A stretch of DNA of 63,648 nucleotides, counting the filler, from Reclinomonas americana ATCC 50394 (lineage: Eukaryota), in NCBI GenBank assembly GCA_048213135.1. It is 18 parts of 18 records of this genome, joined end to end, with 100 filler letters (N's around TTAATTAATTAA, not from the genome) between each part and the next. Parts side by side here need not be neighbours in the genome. Positions count along the whole stretch, not along the records: positions 33,674 to 36,002 come from AFZH01018211.1; positions 36,103 to 37,498 come from AFZH01018212.1; positions 37,599 to 40,782 come from AFZH01018213.1; positions 40,883 to 42,018 come from AFZH01018216.1; positions 42,119 to 43,972 come from AFZH01018218.1; positions 44,073 to 48,365 come from AFZH01018219.1; 12 more parts are not named here. One strand, 5' to 3'. Made by a program: the position numbers and the translations under genes. The notes under the pieces are model-generated. The model saw only the letters and a program-made list of their open reading frames with translations, was not told where the DNA came from and did not search any database. This document shows positions 35,984-47,312 of the stretch, in pieces (position 1 is the first letter of the stretch; the number at the start of each line of letters is the position of its first letter).

Positions 35984-38900
35984 AGAAAGAAAGAAAGTAA
36001 GTNNNNNNNNNNNNNNNNNNNNNNNNNNNNNNNNNNNNNNNNNNNNTTAATTAATTAANNNNNNNNNNNNNNNNNNNNNNNNNNNNNNNNNNNNNNNNNN
36101 NNGGATAATCGCGGTAGTAGCGCGCAGGACACGGGAACTGCTGTGCCGTTGCTGCACCGCCAGTGCAGTAGTATCCGGCGGCGCACTGGCCAGAGATGGA
36201 GGCCAGACCTGTGTGAAGGACAGAGGTGAGTAAAGGCACGCACGCTCTTGCACATACACACACGCACATAAATGAGATGGAGAAGTAAACACACACGAGA
36301 AGCGAAAATTGCACGGAAAGACAAACGCTCAAGTGTCAATCCTCCTATTTCCCCGTCTCCCTTTTTCCCTCGCAACACGCACCACCCACGCAGTAAGATC
36401 CCGGCGGACACTGCAGGCAATCGGCGGCCGAGCCACGACCAGTGTTGGGATTGTAGGTGCCGGCGGGGCAGTCGGTGGGCGCGGTGGTGCCCGCGAGACA
36501 GTACTTGCCAGCAGGGCAGGCAAACGTATCAAAGTCGGGCACGCGACCAATGCCACCAAGGGTTGCGTCGCAAAACAGGCCTGCATTGCACAATTGTGCT
36601 TTTGAGAGAAAAGCATGCTGAGCACAACAAATGGAAAGATCGCTCACCAGCAGGGCACACATTGGACTGCTGTTGCACTTGCGTGGTGGTGGTCAGCGGG
36701 CAGTAGAAGCCAGTGGGACACTGTGCACACGCCGTTCCGCGGCCAGCAGCCGAGTACCTTCCCAGACCGCAGGGTGTGGGATTGATCGACTTTTGCGGAC
36801 AATAGTTGCCGGCCGGGCATTGCAAACAGGTGCCTGGAATCGCGCGCACACATCAGACAAGAAATTGGAGTGCTACAAAGACAGATACACACCTGCAGTG
36901 GGATCTGTGCCGACTACGCCCGACTTGGTCTTATTGACAGGCGTGTACGAGCCAGCTGGGCAGTCGACCGGGGCCGTGGATGCTTGAGCGCACCACTGAC
37001 CGGGCGGACAATCGTAGCACTGGTCGACTCGGTACAAATCGGTGCGATCGGACCAGGTGCCAGCAGGACACTGCGGCATGTCGTCGTCAGTGAGTGCACA
37101 AGAGAACCGCATCAACAAGACAATACTGCACCACGTACCGGCTGCGGGTTGTTGACAGAACTGCCTTCGGGACAATAGTAGCCGGCAGCGCAGGGGCCAG
37201 ACACGGCCGCCAAACCACCGACGCAAAAGGTTCCGTTCGGACAAATGAGGCACTCGAGAGCGTTGCGGAGCAGCATGTTCGGGCTGTAGTAGCCAGGTGG
37301 GCACGGGTACTGCGTCGCAAAGGTCGTGTACTGTCCACTGTAGGTGCCAAAGTAGAAGCCAGTGGTGCCGCCAGCAGACGGCGCACCGGGGCAGTAGAAG
37401 CCAGCCGGACACGCCACAGGTGGTTGCGCCACGCCGCCGGTGCCAGCCAAGCATGCGTAGCCTGCAATGGGGGGAGAGGGAGAGGGAGAGGGAGAGGGNN
37501 NNNNNNNNNNNNNNNNNNNNNNNNNNNNNNNNNNNNNNNNNNTTAATTAATTAANNNNNNNNNNNNNNNNNNNNNNNNNNNNNNNNNNNNNNNNNNNNAG
37601 AGGGAGAGGGAGAGGGAGAGGGAGAGGGAGAGGGAGAGGGAGAGGGAGAGGGAGAGGGAGAGGGAGAGGGAGAGGGAGAGAGCGAAGACAGACAAAGAAT
37701 CCATCAGAGGGAGGGAGGAGGACAGGCAGGACTGGAGTCAGAACAAGCCAGCAACATGGTATTTCACACTCGCCACCACGACGCACCCTCTGGACAAATC
37801 TTGCAGTCGGCCGCTTGCGTGGCGTGGAACGAATCCGTGTAGGAGCCAGCCGGGCACGGAACACCGACAACATTGTTGGTGCCTTGTGGGCAGTAGTGGC
37901 CCTGCGTGCACGGATGATCGACGTACGAAATCATGGCCGTGTACGGGCACGCGTAACCGGCCGGGCAGGCCAAGCAGTTGCTGCTCTGACCGCCGTTCGT
38001 GGCCGGGTTGTAGGAACCAATGGGGCACACCGTGGGGCTGGTGGTGCCGGCGGGGCAGTAGTAGCCGGCGGGGCATGGCAGGCAGCGACTGAGTGCGTCC
38101 TGGCCCGAGTACGGGTTGTAGGTGCCGGCCGGACACAAGTTGGGTGTCGAGCCGGTGCCGAAGGGGCAGTAGCGACCGGTGGTGCACGGAGAAGGCAGCG
38201 AGGTACCTTGTGGGCAGTAGAAACCGGCCGGGCAGGTGAGACAGTCGCTTGACTGCGTCATGCCGAATTGGTTGTTGTAGGTGCCGGCAGGGCACAGCGG
38301 GGCGGCGTCGGTACCGACCGGGCAGTAGCGGCCCTGCGACAAGGAGAAGGAGAAGAGTGAGGGGCAAGAGGGAAGGGGGAAGAGAAGAGAAAGTGTGCGC
38401 ACACACAACACACTTCTCTATCTATCTCTCTCTCTTCTCTCTTAGTCTCGATTTCAAACCTGCGGACACGTGTAGTACGTGGTGAGCGTCATGATACCGC
38501 CAGGTGACGGGCAGCGGTAGCCGACGGTACAGGTAGTGCAAGCCGAGGACGACGTGCCCAGTGGGGTGTTGCCAAAGGTGCCGCCGGGACACAGAGTCGG
38601 CGTGGCGCTGCCGGCCGGGCAGTACGAGCCTTGCGGGCACGGTCGAGCATTGTTCACTGTCGAGCCACTCGGGCACCAGTAACCGGCCAGGCAATTCTGG
38701 CACGTGACCATGGCGCCACTGCGGTACTGTCCTGCCGGGCACGGACTCGGAATCGCGGAGGGCGTCGAGCAATCAAAGCCGTCGGGACACTGCGTGCACG
38801 CAGTCTGTGACTCGCGCGAGTACGTGTTGGACGGGCATGCAACCGGGGCGACCGTGGTTGTCGCACAGGAGGAGCCAGCAGGGCATTGCGTGCACGACGC

Positions 38901-40782
38901 CTGACTGCCGAGCGCGTACGTGCCGGCTTGGCAGGCAATGGGTCCCACGCGGTCGGCAAAGGGGCACGAGTAGCCGGCGGGGCAGGTGGTGCAGGCGGCC
39001 TGCGGGAAGGGGAAGGGGAAGGGGAAGGGGAAGGGGAAGGGGAAGGGGACGGGGAAAGAACGGTGGGCAAAGGGAATGTGCTTTTCTCGCATCACAATTC
39101 CATTGCAATCAACGCAACTGCACTGCTGAGCTGGTACGAGCCGGAGGCGCATGAGAGAATCGTGCGCGTGGTGGGATCAGGGCAGTAGAAACCCGGAGTG
39201 CACGGTGTGCAACTGGCGGAGCCGGCCACTGCGTACGAGCCCGACGGACACGCCGTCACCGTTGCGAGGTGCACAAACGGGCAGTAGCTGCCGGCGGGAC
39301 ACGTGGTGCACGCCGTGGCACCGGCCAGCGCGTACGTGCCAGGAGAGCAGGGCACGTTGGCGGAGCCGTCCTTTTGCGGGCACTGGAAACCGGCAGGGCA
39401 TTGCAAGCATGCGTCGAGGCCACCAGGAGAATAGTAGCCGGCGGCGCATGCAGTCTGTACACAGAAGAGAATAGGAGGTGGGTGAGTGAGCAACTCTTTT
39501 CTCTCACGCTTTCTTTCTCTTGCACCACTCGCCTGTGTCGCCAATGTGGTGCTGGGGCAGAAGACGCCGGCGGGGCACGCCGTGCACTTGGCCGCACCAC
39601 CCGTGCTGTAGGTTCCCGCACGGCACGGAGTGGCGACGGCGGCCATGATGCTCGGGCACTCGTTACCGGCCGGGCACGAGGTGCACGATGTCTGCCCGCC
39701 GACGCTGTACGTGCCCGGAGTGCAAACCACCGGCGAGCCGGTGACGGTGGCGCACGCGAAACCAGGTGGGCACTGCAGGCAGCGACCCATGCCGGCCACG
39801 CTGTATTGGCCAGTAGTGCACGACACGGGAGCAGAGGAGGGTGTCGGGCATTCCTTGCCGACTGCGCACTGGGAGCACGAAGTCGCACCGGCGTTGGAGG
39901 TGTAGCCGAATGGGCAGGCCTGGGGTGGTTGACTGGTGACCGGGCACGCGTAGCCGGCGGGGCATTGTGTGCAGGAGGTGGAGCCGGCTGCGTGGGGGGA
40001 AAGGGTAAGAGGGAGAGGGAGAAGGAGAGGGAGAGGGAGTGGAGAGGGAGAGGGAGAGGGAGAGGGAGAGGGAGAAAGAGGGCGGACTGGATACTGAAGA
40101 GAGCGAAGATTACACGATCCGGGACAAACGGAGGAGACAACTTCCAAACCAATCCCCACAATGAATGGAAACATGCCGCACCTAGACTGTACGTTCCCGC
40201 GGTACAAGCGGTCGGATTGGCGTTGTTGTTGGCGCAGGAGGAACCGGCGGGGCAAGTGATGCAGGTACTGGCTCCGGCCAGCGAGTAGGTGCCGGTGGGG
40301 CAGGCTGCACGACTCGTGCCGTCGGAGAAGGGGCACTGTGCGTCCGAGTGAGCACCAAGGAAAGAGAGGGATGAGAGAAAGAAGTGGAAAGAGAATTGTG
40401 CTACTCTTTGTCATGACTAGCTGTTGTCTCTTCATCCACTCTCCTCACAGCGCTCCCTCATGCCAGTCACAACATCAAACGCACCATGAAGCCAGCCGTG
40501 CACTGTGTGCACGAAGTGGCACCGGCTCCCGACCAAAAGCCCGTGGCACACGCAGTCTGCGTCGACATGCCAGTCGACGGACACGAAAAGCCAGCCGTGC
40601 AAACTGAGGTTGAGCACAACAACAAGAGTCAGTCGCATGGAAATGTGAATAACGGAAAATGAAAGGCGCTTTCTCAACTCGAGCAGGTGGAGGAGCCGGC
40701 AATGGAGTAGGAGCCAGCGCTGCACGATGAGCACGAGGTGGCCTGCGCTGCTGCGAAGGTACCAGCCAGGCATTGGACAGGG
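23348..40782 (-). CDS. giant single-pass membrane protein: dozens of Cys-rich CPxGxYC (GCC2/GCC3, ephrin-receptor-like) repeats, one TM helix, long cytoplasmic coiled coil and C-terminal globular domain; spans six gaps, 5' end missing
   Basis: CPAGxYC..G repeats from 30540 to 40782; TM GVLILGLVLLIVFVIIGIYVY followed by RRRR at about 30305-30385; LLEDFNVRTLYDKLQDQ; E/R/Q-rich helical region 24800-29800; NAFRNSVHF..TLYVRRERLTSVGD near the C-terminus. Recalled as resembling the uncharacterised Gm9195-like family. Confidence 0.88.
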
Positions 40783-41274
40783 NNNNNNNNNNNNNNNNNN
40801 NNNNNNNNNNNNNNNNNNNNNNNNNNTTAATTAATTAANNNNNNNNNNNNNNNNNNNNNNNNNNNNNNNNNNNNNNNNNNNNGCCTGCGCATGTGTGCGC
40901 AGAGGTTGACTTGATGTGGGGCAGTGGCGAGCAAAGCAGGGAGGGAACGGGAAACGCAAGCGAAAAAAAAACCGGCAGGAAATTCGATTTTTTCCGGATC
41001 CGATCGTTTCTTGGACCGCGGATTTGAGGTCGAGGTGCAGATGGTTCCGCTGATGGAATGCAAGAACAGTGGGTGCTCCGCGGTTTCGATACGGATTTCT
41101 GACCGTATTGGAGAAACGGGACAAAAATCGATTGAATTGGCTCGATAATATCGGCCGCTGCGATAAGCATTGCTGAACCGTGGTCGTCATCTAGCAGACG
41201 GGCCGGAGATCGACATAATCCAGGCAAAGAGAAGGCGAGAGACGCGAAGGCGATTTAGAAACTGCCTGGAATTC

Positions 41275-41455
41275 GACAACAACAAATTCATTCGCCGGCT
41301 GCAACAGCTGTCTTGATGATCACCGTCTTGAGTGAGCACCAGAAACTCAGACATCACGGAAAAACCGAGAAAAATCGAGATGGCTAATGCTGGCGTTTCT
41401 GCAAGAGAAACCCTGCTCGTGACGCCGAATTCCAAACAGGAATGCAGAAAGAGAT
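41275..41455 (-). repeat. dispersed repeat copy (inverted relative to 62222-62425)
   Basis: The reverse complement reads GGTTTCTCTTGCAGAAACGCCAGCATTAGCCATCTCGA...CGTGATGTCTGAGTTTCTGGTGCTCACTCAAGACGGTGATCATCA, nearly identical to 62287-62385. Confidence 0.9.
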
Positions 41456-41939
41456 CACCGCGTCCAACCATCCCCAGGGGGATCTGGACGGGCAACGCGT
41501 TTGCCTAGTTTTTCTCTTGCCGAGATTCAATGTGCCGTGTACGACAACAGAAATCGCCTGCGAGGTCCGAATTCGGAACCACAGGTAAACCTTTCTCGCG
41601 AATTTGAAGCCGCATGCGCATATGCAATTGCGATCGAATTCCGGATCTGTTCTTGGGGACAGTGCGGAAGCAATCCGGTTCACAGAGGCCATTCTCGCTC
41701 CAAGCCGATGTGATCTCGCTTGCAGAAACGACTGCAGCTGCATGCGCATTCGAATTCGAATTCATGAACATGTCGAATTCGACTTTCTCGGCCTGTTTCG
41801 GTGCAGCCATGGTGCTGTTTGCATCTATTCCACTGCTGTTGTCGTTGCGGACAGCGTGGCGGTGTCACTCGGGAAGGTGGTTGTTCGGAAATCCATTGGA
41901 CCTGCAATCAATCTCTTGTATCGCTTTGAGCGAGCTAAA

Positions 41940-43296
41940 ATGCTCCTCCGCCTCGCTCTCCCGCGCCACTCTCTGCTACACAGCGCCGAAGTAGCTCTCC
42001 GCTCGCCACCATCCTCCTNNNNNNNNNNNNNNNNNNNNNNNNNNNNNNNNNNNNNNNNNNNNTTAATTAATTAANNNNNNNNNNNNNNNNNNNNNNNNNN
42101 NNNNNNNNNNNNNNNNNNACTTGCTAGATTTCTTCACATTTCTCTCTCTCTCTCTCCCTCCCTCCGTTTCTTCTTTTCCCTGCTATCAGCTCACAGAGGC
42201 AGGGTGTAGAACGTGCAGACAAGAGAGTGAGAGATCTTGCTCCCGTCAACCGGCAAGAAAACAAATCAGTTTCAAGACCATTCTTCCCTCCCCTCTTCGT
42301 CCTTCCATCCTTCACCCTTCACCCTTTACCTCCATCATCCTTCCCTTCTTCGCCCTTCCCTCGTTCACCCTTTCTTCCATCCCCGTTCTCTCCGTCACCT
42401 GTTCCTCCATGACCCTTTCCTCCATCACTCCTCGCTTTTCACCATTCCATCGTTCACCTTTCCCTCCATCCCCACTCTCACCATAGCCCTTTTCTTCATG
42501 ACCTTTCTCCCTTCACCCTTCCCTCCATCACCCCTTCCCCTCCCTCACTCTTCCCTTCTTCCACCCTTCCCTCACAGCCTCCTTCCCCGCCTCCATCCCC
42601 CGCGTGTCGGCCGGCACCTACGACCGCTTCCGTGCCGCACTCGGCGTGCCGGAGGGCCCACACGAGGTGCCGTACAACGACTGTCTGCCCCTCGAGTGCA
42701 ATCTGGATCTGCTTGGCGGCGTCAGCTTCTCCAAGGGCTGCTACGTGGGCCAGGAGCTGACGGCACGCACGCATCACGTGGGCGTTGTGCGCAAGAGAGT
42801 TGCGTGGCGCGCGGGTTGTGCACTTGTGACGTGCCACCGCCGACAACAAGTGTGCGCATGTGTGCAGGTACTACCCGTGGTGTTCGCCTCGAGTGCCGAA
42901 GAGGCGGCGCGCATGGCCAGCGAGGGCGGCGAGTGGAAGTTCGACGAAGACGTCAACCAAGGCACCGAGTACACCATGGTGGACGCCGACCTGGTCACCG
43001 CCTCCTCCAAACGCAAGATTGGCCGCGTGCTGTGCCGGCGCGGTCCCACCGGACTGGCACTGGTGCGCCTCGCCGACGCCTTCCCCGGCTTCATTCCCGC
43101 CGGCGACGAAGGCCAGCGCGCGCCACAGCGACCACCCTCGATCGTATCCGTGCCGCTGACGGTGCTGGAGCCGGCACCGACCAAGGACGACAGCACGACG
43201 ACCGCGGCAACGAGCTCTGTCATTGGCCATGCGGTGGCGTACTTTCCTCCGTGGTTGGAGGTGCTGTGGCGGGAGGAGGAGGCGGAGGCAAAGTAA
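41940..43296 (+). CDS. IBA57: mitochondrial Fe-S cluster assembly factor IBA57 (YgfZ/CAF17 family), middle part in gap
   Basis: Signature [38 protein letters not shown]; presequence-like [16 protein letters not shown] at 41940 before the gap (its link to the gene is inferred). Confidence 0.92.
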
Positions 43297-43644
43297 ATTC
43301 ATAGTAGAAGGGTGAGAGAGTTGCGTCTTGCGTTTGTGCTTCTTGAGATGGATCATGGAGAAGAAGAGGCAGAGGAAGCAGAGCACACTCGTCGTCGACA
43401 GCGGTCTGAGGAGGGGGAGGAGGAGGAAGACGACGATGATCAAGAGCCTGATGTGAAGAGCCTGCTGTGAAGAGGCAACGCACATGTAAAGCTTGCTTGA
43501 CAGTCTTTCTTCCACTGATGTTGCCACGAATGAATTCGATAAGAGGTGAGGTTGGCAACGACGGAGAAGTGGAGGAGGAGAGGAACGTCGTCTTGTGTCC
43601 TCATCCCGTCCCATTGTATCAATCATTCAACAGCACGAAGAGCA

Positions 43645-44075
43645 ATGCCACCCGTGAAGATCCGCTTGGCAAGGTGCTGCCCCTCTCACTCACTCTCACT
43701 CACTCTTCCTCACTCTCTCGCTCACTCTCTCTCTCTCTTTCTCCACTGCAGGTTTGGCCGCACTGGTCAGGCGTTTTATCGCATTGTGGTGGCCGATTCA
43801 CGAGCGCCGCGCGATGGAAAGTTCATTGAGAAGGCGAGTTGAAGGAGGCGTGAAGAGAACGTGGATGGATGGAGGTGGAGGAGATGGAGGAGAGAGAGAG
43901 AAAGGGAAGAGTGAGGGACATGTTATGCACTCTCTCACTCTCACTCACTCTCTCGTGAGGTTGCAGAGGAGCNNNNNNNNNNNNNNNNNNNNNNNNNNNN
44001 NNNNNNNNNNNNNNNNTTAATTAATTAANNNNNNNNNNNNNNNNNNNNNNNNNNNNNNNNNNNNNNNNNNNNTCT

Positions 44076-44113
<38 letters not shown>

Positions 44114-44569
44114 GCACACGCACTCTCTTCACTCGAGTGAGGCAGCTGCTGAGAACGATCTCTTGCAACGATCAAGTGTTCTCGAAGTCATTTGCACAAC
44201 TGATGTCAAGCCGAGACCTTTCCTGCTCTCTCAACCCTTGCATCCTGCCTCTCTTCCTCTCCCTCCCTCCCTCTCTCTCTCTCTCTCTCTCCAACGAATC
44301 TCGAAGTTGCTAACCCTTTTTCCCCCCTCCCTTCTCTCTCTGTGCAGCTCGGCACCTACGACCCCACCACCACCGACACCTCCAACGCCTGCATGCGCCT
44401 CGACGCCCAACGCGCTCAATACTGGCTCTCGGTGGGCGCACAACCCTCGGACCGCGTCGCCAAGCTCCTCGGCCTCGTCGGCGTCCTCCCTCGCTTCCCC
44501 ACACGACACGTGGCGCCAGGCACCAGCAAGAAGTCAGCCTCCAGCAGCTCCACTGCAGGCGACACGTAG
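43645..44569 (+). CDS. MRPS16: mitochondrial ribosomal protein S16 (bS16m), three exons
   Basis: [43 protein letters not shown]...[17 protein letters not shown]; the second intron has a GC donor at 43834. Confidence 0.95.
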
Positions 44570-44636
44570 ACACACAGACACTTACACGACAAGGAGAATG
44601 AACGTCAACAGTTGTCTGTCCTCTTGCTTTTTGAAA

Positions 44637-45978
44637 ATGTTGTCTGCACGCGCGGCCTCTCGTGCGCTCACGCCCAGTCGCGCTGATCTCCCGCGCTTTC
44701 TCGAGGCCAAGTCCGACGAGTTCAACTCCACCACAAACCCGCTCGGCTTCCTCGTGCTCACCATTGCCGAGAACAAGCTCGTGTGGCCGCGATTGCGCGA
44801 CAAGCTCTTCCAGGTCCCCCTGTCCCTGTGCTCTCTGTGTTCCCCTCTTACACACATGTGCCTCACTGTGGTGTGCACAAAAGATCCGCTCCTCGCATGC
44901 CATGCCCGACGCCTCCGCCTTTTACGACGCCATGCGCGGAGTCAGCGCCCTCCGCCACGCACTGTCCGCGCTGCTCTCCCGCACGTTTTGCCGCGCGCCC
45001 ATTGCCGCGGACAGTGTAGTGGTGACGTCAGGCGCCGGCTCCTGTATTGATCTGTTGGCGTGGTGTGTGGCCGGTGAGGGCGACGCGGTGCTCATTCCCG
45101 CCCCGTATTATCCGAGCTTCGATACGGACACGCTCATGCGATCGGGCGTGCTTCCGCGTCCTGTGGCCTCGCGGGTCGACGATGCGTATGATATTACAGT
45201 GGAGGCACTGGAGGAGGCGTATGAGGCGGCAGTGGAGGCCGGGCATCGACCCAAGGTCCTTGCACAATTCAATTTCCGAGTTGTCAATTGTCACGGCAAA
45301 GGTCTTACTCCGTGCAGTTGCTGCTGATTACGAATCCGGCCAACCCGCTGGGCGTGTGCTACTCGCGGGAGACCATGACGCGGTGCGTGGAGTGGGCGCT
45401 GGCCAAGGCCGACGATTTGCACGTGGTCAGCGACGAGATCTATGGCAATAGGTAGGCGATTGCGTTTTTTTAAGAAGAGGAGGAGGAGGTGGAGGGGGAG
45501 CTGAGTGGAGTGGTGCGCAGTGTGTTTGGTGAGGAGGGACCGGCCATGGTTAGTGTGATGCAGATCATGCAGGAGCGGTCGCCCGCGGAGGTCAACTACT
45601 TGGGTGATCGAGTGCACATGGTGTATGGGTTTGCCAAGGTGCGGGAGGAGGGGAAGGAGGGAAGGAGGGAGGGAGAAGGGGAAGGAGAAGGGGGAGGAAG
45701 AGAAAAAAGAAGAGGGAGAGGAGAAGGGAGAGAAAGCTCATGGGGAGGAGGTGGAGTGGGAGAGGGAAGAAGAAGAGGAAGAGGAAGAGGAAGAGGAAGA
45801 AAGAGAAGGAGGAGGAGAAGGAGGAGAAGGAGAAGGAGAAGGAGAAGGAGAAGGAGAAGGAGAAGGAGAAGGAGAAGAAGGAGAAGGAAAAGGAGAAGGA
45901 GAAGGAGAAGAAGAAAAGGAAGAGGAGAAGGTAGAGACCGGCCATGGGGAGAGGTGGAAAGGGAGCGGAGGAGGTAGA

Positions 45979-46026
<48 letters not shown>

Positions 46027-47108
46027 GAGATGGAGAATGAGTAGGACAAGGAGGAAAAAGTGAAGGAGAAGAAGAAGAAGGGGAGGAGGAGGAGGAGGGC
46101 GAGGACCGACGGCACTGCAGCACTGCTCGCTGACGACCCTGCGGCCCACGTCGTCATTATAGGAGTTTCCTCTTGTCATCCTGAATCTTCCTCGCCCGCC
46201 CTCTCTTCTTCTCGTTCTCCTCTTCCTTCTCCTCCTCCTCCTCCTGCCCCTTTTCTTCTCGTTATCCTCCTCCTTCTCCTCTCCTCCTCCTGCCCCTCTG
46301 AATCGTCAACGCGGGGATAGAAGGATGAGAAATGCCCGACCCCTCGAAAGAATTGACATGGCTGTGCCTTGTCATGCGTGTGAGCAGCTGTGACAACGAA
46401 TCGCAGTTGGGGATCGCTGTCGTGCCCTGCCCGCTCTCACTCTCTCCTCTCTACGCAGGACTTTGGCGTCTCCGGCTTCCGCTGCGGCACCATCATCACC
46501 CACAATGAGCAGCTGATCAAAGCGGTACGCGCCATGCGGTCTTCCTCTCACTCTCTTCCCCGCAACCGCGTGACTGACACGGCGCGCCCTCGACACAGCT
46601 CGACACCCTCACGTACTTTTCCGGCGTCAGCAACGACACGCAGTACGTTGCGTACTCCACTTGATCCCCTCCCTGCTTCCCACCTTTCCTTGCGGCACAC
46701 ACCCCTTTCCGCGTTGCGCAGATGCTTGCCGAGCTGCTGGAAGACGAGGCGTGGATGGACGAGTTTTTCGAGCACGTGCGGCACACGCTGCGCGACACGT
46801 ACCGCCGAGTGGCTGCCGTGTTCGACGAGTTCGCCATTCCGGTGCTCACGCCGTCGGCCGGCGTCTTCTGCTGGGTGGACATGCGGCGACTGCTGGCCGA
46901 GCCGACTTGGGAGGCGCACCGCAAGCTGGAGGAAGAGCTGTTCGCCGAGTGTCGCATGGTGATGACGTCGGGCGAGATTTGCCACGCACCCGAGCCGGGC
47001 TTCTTCCGCATGTGCTATGCGTGGCCGACGGACGCCGAGTGGACGGTCGAGTTGTCGCGCCGCTTGCGCGTGTGGCTCGCCGGTCGCGGCGCATCATCGG
47101 AGACGTGA
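44637..47108 (+). CDS. ACCS: ACC-synthase-like PLP-dependent aminotransferase (class I/II), multi-exon
   Basis: NPLGFLVLTIAENKL, LIPAPYYPSF, ITNPANPLG, VVSDEIY, YGFAK/DFGVSGFRCG (PLP lysine), AGVFCWVDMR, EPGFFRMCYA. Confidence 0.9.
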
Positions 47109-47312
47109 GAGAATGGGTACAAGAAAAGAATAGTACATTTGACACGCTGCAGATTACGAACTCTGACGAGCAGAGCGCGCGGCATGCAAAAAAAAGAGCA
47201 AGGAGGCCAGCAAGTTACAATTACATAGACGCGTGAAGAGATGCGTGGCGAGCATCACCAGCGGCAGGCAAAATTGACGGTAGGCTAAAGCGCGAGCGAG
47301 CGGAGGAGAGCG

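Noticed and set aside
45640..46110. Poly-Arg/Glu-Gly ORFs
   Set aside because: This is a purine-rich microsatellite within the ACS-like intron that separates GFAK from DFG.
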